Shown in pieces: positions 1 to 10,596 of a stretch of 64,000 nucleotides of DNA. Below the pieces are notes generated by a model. It worked only from the letters and a program-made list of their open reading frames with translations, was not told where the DNA came from and made no database searches. Made by a program: the position numbers and the translations under genes. Position 1 is the first letter of the stretch, and each line of letters begins with the position of its first letter. Source of the DNA: Trichormus sp. ATA11-4-KO1 (lineage in GTDB: Bacteria; Cyanobacteriota; Cyanobacteriia; Cyanobacteriales; Nostocaceae); contig JAHHIM010000009.1 of NCBI GenBank assembly GCA_019358915.1, positions 1-64,000 of the forward strand, read 5' to 3'.

Positions 1-127
1 CAGTCATGCGCTTAAATTTTCTCGCAGTAAGCTGTTTAGCTTTCTCTATTTTCACTGTTCCTCAAATTCCTAATCGAAAATTGCCAAACTTTATACTATA
101 CCACAAAAAACTTTTGCAAGAGTTCTC
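1..127 (-). mobile_element. End of an IS5-family (ISL2-group-like) insertion sequence, running off the left edge
   Basis: Minus strand begins GAGAACTCTTGCAAAAG (127..111), resembling cyanobacterial IS5/ISL2 terminal repeats. An RBS GAGGAA and a GTG at 55 follow, giving MKIEKAKQLTARKFKRMT, a transposase-like N-terminus. The receptor ORF loses homology at this junction. Confidence 0.75.
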
Positions 128-1297
128 ATTTCGATCCTGATAAGATGCATTGAGTCTGTACAAAACCGTTCTGGAGTCGTTCAATGGTCCAGATAAATCG
201 ATGGCACCTCGATAAAAGTCATAGTTGCCAATTGTGGCATTTATGGTGTAAGAAGGGTCGTGGAGGGGTTCTTTCGTTACTAAGTTGATAGTTCCACCTG
301 GAGTTCCTGTACCATAAAGCACTGAAGCTGGACCTTTGAGCACTTCGACTCTTTCGATATTGGAGAGTTCAAGTGATTCTTGTCCTAATATATCTCTCAG
401 TCCATTTCTGAGATAATTGCCGCTAGGACCACTGGCAGCAAAGCCTCGAATGTTAAAAGTACTGCTCCGCAGTGTTGAAGGACTGATTCTAGTTACGCCA
501 GGAACATTTTTCAAGGCTTCTTCTAGGCGAGTGACATTTTGATCGCGCAGCACTTCTTGGGGTATGACTTGAATCGATTGGGGAATATCGCGCAGGGGTG
601 TGTCGGTTCGCGTGCCTACACTGGCATCAGGTACGCGATAACCATCTTGCTCACCTGTCACGACTAACTCAATCGGCTCATCTGCTTCTGCCGATGGTGT
701 CTCACTAGTCGGCTGCTCTGGTTCAGACTGTGTTGCCGTTGTTGCAGGTGTCAAGGCAAAAATTAAACCCTCATTGCTGTCAAATAACTCTACTGTGGGC
801 AATCCTGTTTCACCCGCCACCGTCACCCGAATTGTATTGGCATCTAGGTTTGTCACCGTTATCTCACTAATCCCATTGAGGGGATTTTGGGAACTGAATG
901 TAAACGCATCACCACTGGGTAAACGCAGTTGGGCATTGGGAATATCAGCGATAAAGTTACTTTCTTCACTACGATTTGTGATTTGCAGTTGTTCCCCTTG
1001 AGTCGTTTGTAAAATTACCTCCACACCATTCTCAGTGGGATTAGCTTCTACTCCTATCACCTGTATCATTTCTGAGGGAACTGGTGACTGTACTAGCATT
1101 TGGGCGCTAGTGCTGAGAGGCTTTATCTTACTGAGTTGGGGAATTTCTCTAATTTTCCGGGATTGATGTAATACAGAAGCAATAGATTGACTCTGAGTTT
1201 GTGAGTTTGTTACCTGTTCGGCTGTTGCACTCACGGCACACCACAGCCAGACGGAACTTGTGAGTAAGAAAATTGGTGATAAATGCTTGAGTTTCAT
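128..1297 (-). pseudogene. TonB-dependent siderophore receptor (signal peptide, AMIN, plug, start of barrel), truncated by the IS
   Basis: Motifs IELVVTG, RTDTPLRDIPQSIQVI, FNIRGF, NIERVEVLKGPASVLYG..PGG.INLVTK. The barrel stops after YRLNASYQDRN; the ORF tail (62-127) is IS sequence. Confidence 0.85.
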
Positions 1298-1340
1298 AAA
1301 CTACTCTATACACCTGGCTACGCAGTTCAGTCAGGGATAT

Positions 1341-1360
1341 TTAATAAAAAGGATTCTCAA
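1341..1360 (-). promoter_or_regulatory. Possible Fur-box-like site upstream of the receptor gene
   Basis: Minus strand TTGAGAATCCTTTTTATTAA partly matches the 7-1-7 TGATAAT-N-ATTATCA pattern; iron-uptake context. Confidence 0.35.
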
Positions 1361-1455
1361 GAGAGAATAAAATTAAGTTGAGTAGTTTTGCCAGCAATTT
1401 TGATGCCAAGGCGGACTTTTTAGCGGCCGAGACGGACTTTTTGTTGAAACCTTAC

Positions 1456-2457
1456 CTACCAGTCCCTATCTTTGCGATATTGCATTTGGTAAGACTTAGG
1501 ATTAATGCCAAACTGCTTGCGAAATGCCACTGCAAACCGACTGCGATCGCTATAACCAACTGCTTTTGCTACTTGCTCTACGGGGATTTCTAAATCCATT
1601 GCTAATAATTGCCGTGCTTGCTCTAATCGATAGTGACGTAAGTAAGCAAATGGTGTAGTTTTAAACACCTGATGAAACCCTTGCTTGAGTTTGCGATCGT
1701 TTAATCCTACTTGCCGTGCTAAATCGAGAAGCGAAGGGGGATTATCTAGATTTTGAATGAGAATTTCTTTGGCATGATGAATACAGTCAATATCATGACC
1801 CCGAAGGCTGCTATGGGAAAGAGACACTTCTTGATCAATTAACTGCATCAACTGCAAAGCCAGCAATTCCAATACCTTGCCTTCGAGATACATTCGTTTG
1901 AACATACCTTGATAGGGGCAATGTAAAATTTGCTGCAAAGCAACTTGCATAGATGGCGTTGTGGTTCCAGCAAAGTTAATTATCTCATCACCTTCCCCAA
2001 TCAACGGTTCCAAATCCAGTGGTAATCCTCCTAATTGACCCAAGACCAATTCTCCAAATAGATGTGGGTCTATGCAAATATGTACAGTCTTAAGTTGCTC
2101 TGCCTGTGGATGTTCTAGGGTTTCTTTCGGGACAATGCAACTTCCAGTCAGGGAGTTATATCCCGGCTCAACATAGGTTCCACAATCGCATCTGTAATTT
2201 CCTGAAATATGGAATAATGAACCTACAGTCCATTGACATTCAGGCATTTTTAGGATCAAGTCTTCTTTGTTAAGGCGATCGCTGATTGAAAGCTCAATGC
2301 CGGGACGGAGTTGAATGTTTTGATAATAGCCTTGGGCAAGCTGTGGCGGATACTGACAAATTGTTTCAAATTCATTTGACTGGCGGGTAATTTCGCCGTT
2401 TTGAAACGCTTCCTCAAACAAATCTGCGTAATCTTGCTGAGAGAGGGTAATTGCCAC
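1456..2457 (-). CDS. AraC family transcriptional regulator (PchR-like)
   Basis: C-terminal double HTH PPSLLDLARQVGLNDRKLKQGF...VGYSDRSRFAVAFRKQFGINP; directly upstream of the receptor. Confidence 0.92.
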   Translation of the reverse strand: MAITLSQQDYADLFEEAFQNGEITRQSNEFETICQYPPQLAQGYYQNIQLRPGIELSISDRLNKEDLILKMPECQWTVGSLFHISGNYRCDCGTYVEPGYNSLTGSCIVPKETLEHPQAEQLKTVHICIDPHLFGELVLGQLGGLPLDLEPLIGEGDEIINFAGTTTPSMQVALQQILHCPYQGMFKRMYLEGKVLELLALQLMQLIDQEVSLSHSSLRGHDIDCIHHAKEILIQNLDNPPSLLDLARQVGLNDRKLKQGFHQVFKTTPFAYLRHYRLEQARQLLAMDLEIPVEQVAKAVGYSDRSRFAVAFRKQFGINPKSYQMQYRKDRDW

Positions 2458-2620
2458 GGTTACCTTGATGTAGTTGCATCAATTCGAGTTACTTATTCTA
2501 AGATACAACAATACTATAGAGAAATTTTGTCAAAAAATTAGGCTAAAGCCAAGTTTAGCTGCTCGTCATTTAGTCCGAACTCTTCATGAATCAACTTTGG
2601 ATGGATATTGGTCTTTTAAA

Positions 2621-2820
2621 TAAGTAAGACGGCGTACATAATTAAAGGTTTGTAGTGTTAGTGAAGGGTCTCGCAGATAGGACTTTAGTCCTATCTATCT
2701 CCTGTCAAAGACACTACGTGATAAGCGCCCTGTTGTAGGACTTCAGTCCCAAAAGACAGGACTAAAGTCCTGACTACGAGCAAACATTTTTTATTTAGTG
2801 TGACTAACCGGACATGATAT
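2621..2820. repeat. Composite REP/MITE-like repeat with three GGACT(T/A)NAGTCC palindromes
   Basis: aggactttagtcct 2679-2692, aggacttcagtccc 2737-2750, caggactaaagtcctgactac 2757-2777. A related copy lies at 37071-37122. Confidence 0.65.
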
Positions 2821-2941
2821 TAATCCATTTTCTGTACAAATGATACCCGGTTTTTCATTAGATACGATTTGTCATATCCATCATCTGCTAGAAGTTATCT
2901 CAGCTGATTCTATTCAATTTTGAATTAATTTGCCCAATACC

Positions 2942-3823
2942 CTATTCTGGCAACTCAGCAGCATTACGGATGTTTTTTAAACTTAAATCAGGGGTGGTGC
3001 GTTTAATCAAATTAGTTAGCACATTACCAGGGCCAATTTCCACTACTTGTTCAATGCCATGTGTTGGTAATTCTAAAGAAATTTCTCGCCAGCGCACTGC
3101 ACCAGTCATTTGTTGGCTGAGGCGCTGCTTGATAATCTTGGCATCAGTAGATGGACATGGATCTACGTTAGACAATACTGGTAAAACAGCAGGTTGAAAT
3201 TCTACTAACTCTAGAATATCTTGGAACTCCGCAGCCGCAGCCGCCATCAAGGGTGAGTGAAATGCTCCAGAGGTTCTTAGAGGAATAGCACGTTTGGCTT
3301 TCACTTGGGACATCACTGCTCTTACACCTTCTGGAGTACCAGAGATGACTACTTGAGCCGGACTATTGTCATTTGCCAACACTGCATCTGAAGTCTGAGC
3401 AATAACTGTTTCCAACTGTTCGCGGTCAAAGTTCATCAGAGCCGCCATCATTCCACCTGCGGCACTATCCATGAGTTCAGCACGACGCTTGACTAGGTGT
3501 AACCCAGCCGACCACTCAAACACACCTGCAATGTAAAGGGCGATATATTCACCCAAACTGTGACCAGCAACTACATCTGGTTTATGTCCCCGTTCCCGGA
3601 GGATATCAGCAAGGATGCTTTCTACAACATAAAGACTTGGCTGTGTGTAGAGCGTCCGTGATAACTTTTCTTCTTCGCTTTGAGATAATTCCGTTACAGA
3701 CCAGCCCAAAATCGCTTCGGCTTGGGCAAATTTATCTTGAGCCAAAGGTATATCTAATAAGTCAATTCCCATTCCCAGCGCTTGAGAACCTTGTCCGGGA
3801 AACACCCATGCAGTTTTAGTCAT
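2942..3823 (-). CDS. fabD: Malonyl-CoA:ACP transacylase
   Basis: FPGQGSQ, GHSLGE, SGAFHS, EIGPG; start taken at MTKTAW (ATG 3823). Confidence 0.96.
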   Translation of the reverse strand: MTKTAWVFPGQGSQALGMGIDLLDIPLAQDKFAQAEAILGWSVTELSQSEEEKLSRTLYTQPSLYVVESILADILRERGHKPDVVAGHSLGEYIALYIAGVFEWSAGLHLVKRRAELMDSAAGGMMAALMNFDREQLETVIAQTSDAVLANDNSPAQVVISGTPEGVRAVMSQVKAKRAIPLRTSGAFHSPLMAAAAAEFQDILELVEFQPAVLPVLSNVDPCPSTDAKIIKQRLSQQMTGAVRWREISLELPTHGIEQVVEIGPGNVLTNLIKRTTPDLSLKNIRNAAELPE

Positions 3824-3904
3824 TAGTTCAGTCGTTTCACTCAAATTCAAAATTAAAAAATTGAATTCTTCATTTTTAATTTTGCATTTTTAATTTTTAA
3901 TTGT

Positions 3905-4897
3905 TCATCTTCCCCATTGAAAGATGGCTGCTCCCCAAGTGAGTCCGGCACCAAAGCCGGATGCAGCAATGATGTCGTGAGGTTTGATTTTGCCTTGCCG
4001 CACGGCTTCATCTAAGGCTAGGGGAATAGAAGCGGCAGAGGTATTGCCGTAATTAGCAAGATTACTAATTACTTTGTTTTCTGGAATATTGAGGCGTTGG
4101 GCAACGGCATCAAGAATTCGCTGATTGGCTTGATGCAATACTAGCCAATCTATTTGGTCAACACTGAGGTTTGCTTGAAATAAAGCTTTATCAATAATTT
4201 CTGGCACTTTTTGCACAGCAAAGCGGTAGACTTCTTTGCCGTTCATAGTTACAGGCTGGTAAGTGCCTTTAGTGATATTTATGTTTGGCAGCAATTCTTG
4301 CTCACAAGGAGCATAAGCAAGATTGAGGTAGCGGTTTTGTGTACCATCGCTTTTTAAGGAAAATCCCAACAAGCGATCGCTTTCATTTGCCTGCAATACT
4401 ACTGCCCCAGCACCATCACCGAACAATACACAAGTCCGTCGGTCTTGCCAATCTAACCAACGGGAGAGGATATCTGCCCCTATCAACAGTACATTTTGAA
4501 AAACCCCTGTTTTGATATATTGGGCAGCTGTAACTAGCCCAAATACAAAGCCAGAGCAAGCAGCTGTCAAATCAAAGGCTACTGCTTTGGTTGCGCCCAA
4601 TTCCGCCTGAATTTGACAAGCTGTGCCAAATAAATCATCAGGGGTGGATGTTGCCAGCAAAATCAAATCCAGGTCTGTTGCTTTAATCCCCGCAGAGGCG
4701 ATCGCTTGATGACTAGCAGCAGTAGCTAGCATACTCAAGGACTCAGATGGAAGTGCCAATCGCCGTTGACGAATTCCGGTTCTGGTAGTGATCCACTCGT
4801 CTGAGGTTTCCACCAGTTGCGTTAGCGCCTGGTTATCTAGGGAAGTTTCTGGTACTGCCGAGCCGCTTCCTGTAATTGCTATGCCTAATTTTTCCAC
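3905..4897 (-). CDS. fabH: 3-oxoacyl-ACP synthase III
   Basis: TSDEWITTRTGI, AACSGF, HQANQRI, GNTSAAS, GFGAGLTWG. Confidence 0.97.
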   Translation of the reverse strand: MEKLGIAITGSGSAVPETSLDNQALTQLVETSDEWITTRTGIRQRRLALPSESLSMLATAASHQAIASAGIKATDLDLILLATSTPDDLFGTACQIQAELGATKAVAFDLTAACSGFVFGLVTAAQYIKTGVFQNVLLIGADILSRWLDWQDRRTCVLFGDGAGAVVLQANESDRLLGFSLKSDGTQNRYLNLAYAPCEQELLPNINITKGTYQPVTMNGKEVYRFAVQKVPEIIDKALFQANLSVDQIDWLVLHQANQRILDAVAQRLNIPENKVISNLANYGNTSAASIPLALDEAVRQGKIKPHDIIAASGFGAGLTWGAAIFQWGR

Positions 4898-5016
4898 TCC
4901 TAGTCTCCCAAGCTATCAGCTTTTGGTTATTAGTTATTAGTCACTAATCATTTAGTCATTTGCTATTGACCAATGACTTTTTTCCAGCTATTGATCGCTA
5001 GTTTTGTGGCTAATTG

Positions 5017-6042
5017 CTAACCGCTTTCCTGCTGTAGGACTTCATATTGGGACTGGAGTCTTTGCAGCACCTGATTATCTACAGCTTCTTTAGCCATACG
5101 AATTGCATTAAAAATAGAAGGAGCTTGAGAGCTACCGTGACCAATAAAACAGACTCCAGCCACGCCTAACAGCAAAGCACCACCATGTTCTGCATGATCC
5201 ATGCGCTGCTTAATCCGTTTTAAATTTGGTTTTAAAATTGCCGTACCAATTTGACCGTGTAATCCTTGGGGTAATTCTTCCCGCAGGATTTGCAGAATCA
5301 CTTCTCCCACGGCTTCGGCAAATTTTAATAACACGTTGCCCACAAAGCCATCACAGACAATGACATCAAAGTCACCGGAAAGTACGTCACGCCCTTCGGC
5401 ATTACCTATAAAATTAATTTGGGAGTTTTCCCTTAGCAGTTGGTGAGCACGCAGAGCGACTTCGTTACCTTTAGTGTCTTCTTCACCAATATTCAACAAC
5501 CCTACCTTGGGTTGAGATGTACTCAATACATATTGGCTGTAAGTAGAACCCATAACAGCAAACTGCTCTAAAAATTTAGGGCGGCAGTCTACATTAGCAC
5601 CCACATCAAGTATCAATACTGGTTTGCCAGCTTTGATCGTGGGAAAAACCGTGCCAATAGCTGGGCGGTCAATTCCTGGCAATCGTCCTAGGCGGAGCAA
5701 AGCTGCTGCCATCGCTGCCCCAGAGTGTCCCGCAGAAAACACGGCATCTGCCTGCTGCTGCTTGACCAAATCCATCGCCACATTAATAGAAGCCTTGCGT
5801 TTGCGTCTAACTGCATTCAAAGGCTCTTCGTCCATTGCGATCGCTTCCTGTGCTGGAACGATCTCCACCTGCCCCAAATTTGTTTTTGGAGGCAGGGCAT
5901 CTGCAATTTGTTGGGGATCACCAACCAACAATACTTTCACACCCAATTCTTCACTTGCGCGCAGTGCGCCAGCAACGATTTCACCGGGTGCATGATCCCC
6001 TCCCATTGCGTCAATTGCTATCCGTACGCAAGTCGATCCCAT
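5017..6042 (-). CDS. plsX: Phosphate acyltransferase
   Basis: IAIDAMGGDHAP, LDVGAN, VCDGFVGNV; plsX-fabH-fabD order. Confidence 0.97.
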   Translation of the reverse strand: MGSTCVRIAIDAMGGDHAPGEIVAGALRASEELGVKVLLVGDPQQIADALPPKTNLGQVEIVPAQEAIAMDEEPLNAVRRKRKASINVAMDLVKQQQADAVFSAGHSGAAMAAALLRLGRLPGIDRPAIGTVFPTIKAGKPVLILDVGANVDCRPKFLEQFAVMGSTYSQYVLSTSQPKVGLLNIGEEDTKGNEVALRAHQLLRENSQINFIGNAEGRDVLSGDFDVIVCDGFVGNVLLKFAEAVGEVILQILREELPQGLHGQIGTAILKPNLKRIKQRMDHAEHGGALLLGVAGVCFIGHGSSQAPSIFNAIRMAKEAVDNQVLQRLQSQYEVLQQESG

Positions 6043-6174
6043 TGCTTAGAGCTATTAGAAACCTTACAAATTTTACCAGATGCCTTCGCTGAAAAACCGG
6101 AACTTTCTGACTACCGTGTTTCTCTTGTCACTATTGCGACAGGTTTTAGCTGCCAGATCAACATAACATGAATT

Positions 6175-6355
6175 TTGGGGGAGTGGGGAGTGGGAAAAAA
6201 CAGGCAGAGGGGCAGAGGGGATAGGGGGCAGAGATGAAAGAACTTATATTTAGTAATCTCCTCTGCACCCCTGCACCCCCAGGGCTGTTTCATTCGCTTG
6301 TGTTGGAGATTTGTCAAGAGGATAATCTCACGCAAAGGCGCAAAGACGCAAAGAA
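6175..6355. repeat. STRR-type tandem repeats and a CGCAAAG-unit repeat
   Basis: ggggagt x2, ggcagagg units, ctgcaccc x2, and ctcacgcaaaggcgcaaagacgcaaag. An opposite-strand relative lies at about 15348-15374. Confidence 0.7.
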
Positions 6356-6443
6356 AGATCAGGTATTTCGGACTGAAGATGCCAAAATTTTCGGTCTTAA
6401 TTGTGGATTTGCCCTTGCAATTTTAACCCTTTTAGGGAACGAA

Positions 6444-7922
6444 TCAGCCCTGCCCTAACACCCAGTTAACCAACAACCGCACACCATAGCCTGTAGCCCC
6501 TGGGCTGTTGTAGCCGTTTTCTTTGTCTGCCCATACTGGGCCGGCAATGTCTAAGTGCGCCCAAGGGGTATCTTTAACAAATTGCTTGAGGAAAAGGGCA
6601 GCAGTAATGGAACCACCAGGACGTGGGCCAGTATTTTTCATGTCCGCAATGCCGGATTTTAATCCTTCAAAGTATTTTTCTTCCATTGGCATCCGCCACA
6701 TTTTTTCCCCGGCAGTTTCGGCCGCTTGCTCTAATTGGGAAGCTACCGCATTATCAGGTGTATATAAACCAGCAATATCGTCACCCAAGGCAATCACACA
6801 AGCGCCTGTCAGAGTGGCTAAATCAACGATCGCATCTACTCCCAATTTATCTGCATATACCAAGGCATCTGCTAGGGTTAAACGTCCTTCAGCGTCGGTG
6901 TTATTCACTTCAATAGTTTTGCCGTTTGACGCTTTAAGGATGTCGCCTGGGTGCATAGCGTGACCGCTAATCATGTTTTCTGTGGCGGCGGAAATGAAGT
7001 GAACTTCTACATCTGGTTTTAGCTGGGCAATAGCTTTGGCCGCACCCAAGGTGGCAGCTGCACCGCCCATGTCAATTTTCATGGTTTCGATGCCGCTACC
7101 AGCGCCTTTAATGTTGAGTCCACCAGAATCGAAGGTTAAACCTTTACCAATAATTGCTAATTTACGTTTGGGTGTACCTTCTGGCTTGTAAGTGAGGTGA
7201 ATAAATTTAGGTGGCAAGTCTGAAGCTTGGGCAACTCCCAAAAAAGCACCCATGCCTAATTTTTCGCAGTCTTCCCGTTCCAATATTTCTACGTTTAAAC
7301 CATGCTCTGTAGCGATCGCCTGCGCTGTTTCTGCCAAAGTAATGGGTGTAACTTCGTTGGCTGGTGCTGCTACTAACTGTCTTGCTAAAATTACCCCGGA
7401 AACAATTTGATTGGCACGGGTAATAGCTGCTTCTTGTCCACTAAATCCTAGTAAATCTACGGTTTCAATTTGTGGCCCTTTATCTTCTGGTTCTGACTTA
7501 AAGCGAGTATCTTGGTAAAGCGCCAGTTGTGTACCTTCCGCGATCGCTTGGGCTGTGGCTGTGGGATCGTTATTCCATAAGGGAAAACTAAAAGCTAAAC
7601 TTTTGCTTTTTTGCTTTTTGGCTACTCTCGCTACAGCAGCAGCAGCGCGTCGCAGGGTTTCTAGTTTTAGTGCTTCTGGTTTTCCTAAACCTACCAAGAT
7701 TACTTTGCGAATGGGATTGCCAACACCTACACGGGTGAAGATGGTATTGTAAGCTTTGGCTGTAAATTCTTCTTCGGCAATGAGTTCTTTTAAAATGCCA
7801 GCTAACTTTTCATTTAAAGTTGCTAATTCACCAGTTAAATCTACTGCATCTTCAAATAATCCAATTGCCAAACTATCGCCTGCCCACTCTAGCAAAGGCG
7901 TGTCATTAGGTTGAATTTTCAT
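6444..7922 (-). CDS. pepA: Leucyl aminopeptidase (M17)
   Basis: [39 protein letters not shown]. Confidence 0.96.
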   Translation of the reverse strand: MKIQPNDTPLLEWAGDSLAIGLFEDAVDLTGELATLNEKLAGILKELIAEEEFTAKAYNTIFTRVGVGNPIRKVILVGLGKPEALKLETLRRAAAAVARVAKKQKSKSLAFSFPLWNNDPTATAQAIAEGTQLALYQDTRFKSEPEDKGPQIETVDLLGFSGQEAAITRANQIVSGVILARQLVAAPANEVTPITLAETAQAIATEHGLNVEILEREDCEKLGMGAFLGVAQASDLPPKFIHLTYKPEGTPKRKLAIIGKGLTFDSGGLNIKGAGSGIETMKIDMGGAAATLGAAKAIAQLKPDVEVHFISAATENMISGHAMHPGDILKASNGKTIEVNNTDAEGRLTLADALVYADKLGVDAIVDLATLTGACVIALGDDIAGLYTPDNAVASQLEQAAETAGEKMWRMPMEEKYFEGLKSGIADMKNTGPRPGGSITAALFLKQFVKDTPWAHLDIAGPVWADKENGYNSPGATGYGVRLLVNWVLGQG

Positions 7923-8084
7923 TTTGGGATTTTGTGTAATTTTTCCTGCTTGTACAAGTATTACTTAAAATTCTGTTTTTCTTGCTCTCACATCCCTTAA
8001 GCAACGCCATACCCTGTGTAAGGACGTTTGTCAGGGGGATGCAGCCATAGAACGATATCTCCTGAGTTATCGGTTTGATTTTTC

Positions 8085-9254
8085 TTACTCTGCACTCAGG
8101 AAGGAAGCACGTAATTTTTCACACTGCGCTAATAAAGGCTCAGAAAAATCAGGATTGAGTTGGGCAATTTTTTCACATCGAGCTAACAAAGGTACGGCAA
8201 AATCAGGATTGAGTTGTTTTAATAGCTCATCTAAAGGCTGGGGTGATTTGATATTTTGGGCGATCGCCGCCAATGATTCTTCACTGAGATTGGCTGCTTG
8301 CAACTCTGGCAAAATTTCTTCCCAGGTTTTCTCTGGCTGGCTGGCAAGGATCATATGTACTAAAATTTGATCCATCACAGCTTCTTGAGCGATCGCTGTT
8401 TCCAAATACTTGTCACTCTCTTGTTCTAACTTAGCCAATGTCTCTGGTGAGGTCAGCGAAGTTGATTCATCTAACTTAGCTTCGTAAAATCGACAAGCTG
8501 CATAACCCAATGAATAGATCATTGTGGCATTTGAACTAGTAGCGATCGCCGCGCCGGCAAACGGCACATTTCGCAGCAAGCCTAATCCCGCCACTCTCAG
8601 GAGACGACCACCACCTAAGCCTAGACCAAAAATTGCCAAAACTTCACCCTTACGGGTAGGGTCTTTTAAATCCAGTCCATAGACTGCGGCAATTTGATAC
8701 AGCATTTCTGACTGTAATTTTGTTGTTGCTGCCAAGTCAATTGCCAACAAGGCCGCCGCTACCCCTGGCAAAATACTACTGGCTAGACCAATACCACCCG
8801 CTTTGGTTGCTTTGTCCACCATGATCCGGTGAGCAATTTGACTGGGTGATTCATGGGGGTACTTTTGCTTGAGTTGATTTACAGATGCTTCTGCTTTTTC
8901 TAGATCAACACTTTCACTAGCACCAATCAACCAATTGAGATTTAATACCCCAGTTATTTTTTTAATGAACCAATTTTCACTGATGCGATTAACTACATTG
9001 CCTGTGGTTTGAGTTGCTTGCTCAATTAACTTATATGTTTGTTTTACCGCAACTACTCCCGCTCCAATAGATGTATCTAAAACTATTTTGCCAGTTTGGG
9101 CTGCGGTATGGGTAATTGCTCCTCCTATCTCACCTACAGTTTGGACAGTTTGAACCAAAGAATTGAATACAGAATGATTATCTGCTGCTGAAGTTTCTGT
9201 GGGTGAATTGTCTGATTTTTTCACCTCTATTTCTTTTTGTGATTTATCTGCCAT
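8085..9254 (-). CDS. EcsC-like conserved cyanobacterial protein
   Basis: 389-aa ORF with a Gly/Ala-rich core and QIAAVYGLDL motif; family recalled, not searched. Confidence 0.6.
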   Translation of the reverse strand: MADKSQKEIEVKKSDNSPTETSAADNHSVFNSLVQTVQTVGEIGGAITHTAAQTGKIVLDTSIGAGVVAVKQTYKLIEQATQTTGNVVNRISENWFIKKITGVLNLNWLIGASESVDLEKAEASVNQLKQKYPHESPSQIAHRIMVDKATKAGGIGLASSILPGVAAALLAIDLAATTKLQSEMLYQIAAVYGLDLKDPTRKGEVLAIFGLGLGGGRLLRVAGLGLLRNVPFAGAAIATSSNATMIYSLGYAACRFYEAKLDESTSLTSPETLAKLEQESDKYLETAIAQEAVMDQILVHMILASQPEKTWEEILPELQAANLSEESLAAIAQNIKSPQPLDELLKQLNPDFAVPLLARCEKIAQLNPDFSEPLLAQCEKLRASFLSAE

Positions 9255-9466
9255 TATTTGGCACCATCTTGAAAGCCTCTGCTTCTAGTTGTAGCGAAAC
9301 TATCAGGGGCTTGACATCTTCCTATAAGAGCAAATTTACACCTGAAATTTTAAACAGTTGCGATTATTTGCTGGGTAACTGGTGGCAATATGTATAAGTA
9401 AAATATTTCACTTTATCTTAGGTGATTCATCGCATCTCTAGCAATGCCCAATGCCCTACGCCCTAA

Positions 9467-10288
9467 TTACCCTCTAGTTTCTAACTCCTTAACTGCTTTC
9501 ACCGGAGTTTCTAAAAAATTATTTTCCCGCAAAATTTTATAGAGATTAATATCTTTTTCTAGTAAGCAGGCGTGTCCACTGTCGGGCAACACCGCTATCT
9601 TGGCGTTAGGTAAAATATTAACTAAACGTCTGGCTTCGCTGACAGAAGGCAAAAGGCGATCGCTAGCACCGACAATGAGCAATACTGATTGAGCTAGGCG
9701 GCGTAACTGCTCTTCTGTAATATTAAACTCCTTCAGGAGAGATAAACGCCAGGTAACTGTTTCTGGGGGTACAGAACGCATGGTTTTTAGCAATTCTTGG
9801 CGAAGATTGCGGGGAATGCGGGCTAAGGATGCTAAAAAGGGTAGTAACCCTAGTGCGCCAATATCATAAAGGCATTCTGGCACGAAGTAAGTTAGTTGGG
9901 ATGTCCAAGTCAACCAAGGGCGAAGATGAAAGGCAGAAGCTGGGTTAATCAGGATAATCCGCTTAAATAGATGTGGCGCTTGAGTTGCCACTTTCATGGC
10001 CAAGCAACCCCCAAAGGACTCGCCACACAGGTAAACTGGTCTTTGGGAGCTTTTCTCTAATTCGGCATGAATTAAGTCTAAAACGTTCTTAGTTAACTCA
10101 TCCCAAGTGGTGAGATCTTGCCGTGGGATCGCTAAACATCGGACATCAAAGCTAACTTCTAATCCAGCAGTTTGCGATCGCAACAGTTGACCAGTTCCAT
10201 CTAATCCTGGTAAATACACAAACAGTGGATACTCTGGCTGGACTCGTTTAGGAGTCAGGAAACACGGCTTTAGCTCAACTTCTGGCAT
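9467..10288 (-). CDS. Alpha/beta hydrolase resembling the hydrolase domain of plant PES/ELT proteins
   Basis: LFVYLPGLDGTG, nucleophile elbow GESFGG, DRLLP, GHACLLE; start taken at MPEVEL. Confidence 0.85.
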   Translation of the reverse strand: MPEVELKPCFLTPKRVQPEYPLFVYLPGLDGTGQLLRSQTAGLEVSFDVRCLAIPRQDLTTWDELTKNVLDLIHAELEKSSQRPVYLCGESFGGCLAMKVATQAPHLFKRIILINPASAFHLRPWLTWTSQLTYFVPECLYDIGALGLLPFLASLARIPRNLRQELLKTMRSVPPETVTWRLSLLKEFNITEEQLRRLAQSVLLIVGASDRLLPSVSEARRLVNILPNAKIAVLPDSGHACLLEKDINLYKILRENNFLETPVKAVKELETRG

Positions 10289-10596
10289 TGTCAACTTTAA
10301 ATTAAATTTTCTGGTTTTATAGAGATTGCCTGCATGAAAACCCAATACTTTCAGATCCAGGATACTCAAGCGGGCTTAAGTGCAACAGAGCAGTTAAAAT
10401 TCTGATAAAATCATAGCGTGGGTAGTGAAAACCCTGTTAAATATAACTTAAATAATTAAGCATACCTCGATTTAGCTCAAGCAATACAGTAATTATTTAA
10501 ACAAATAAAAAAATAGCCTATTGCAGAAAACTTGTGACAAAATTATTTTTTGATTTTTACTAAAGATTTTTTAAATTTATACAGTATCTATCATTT

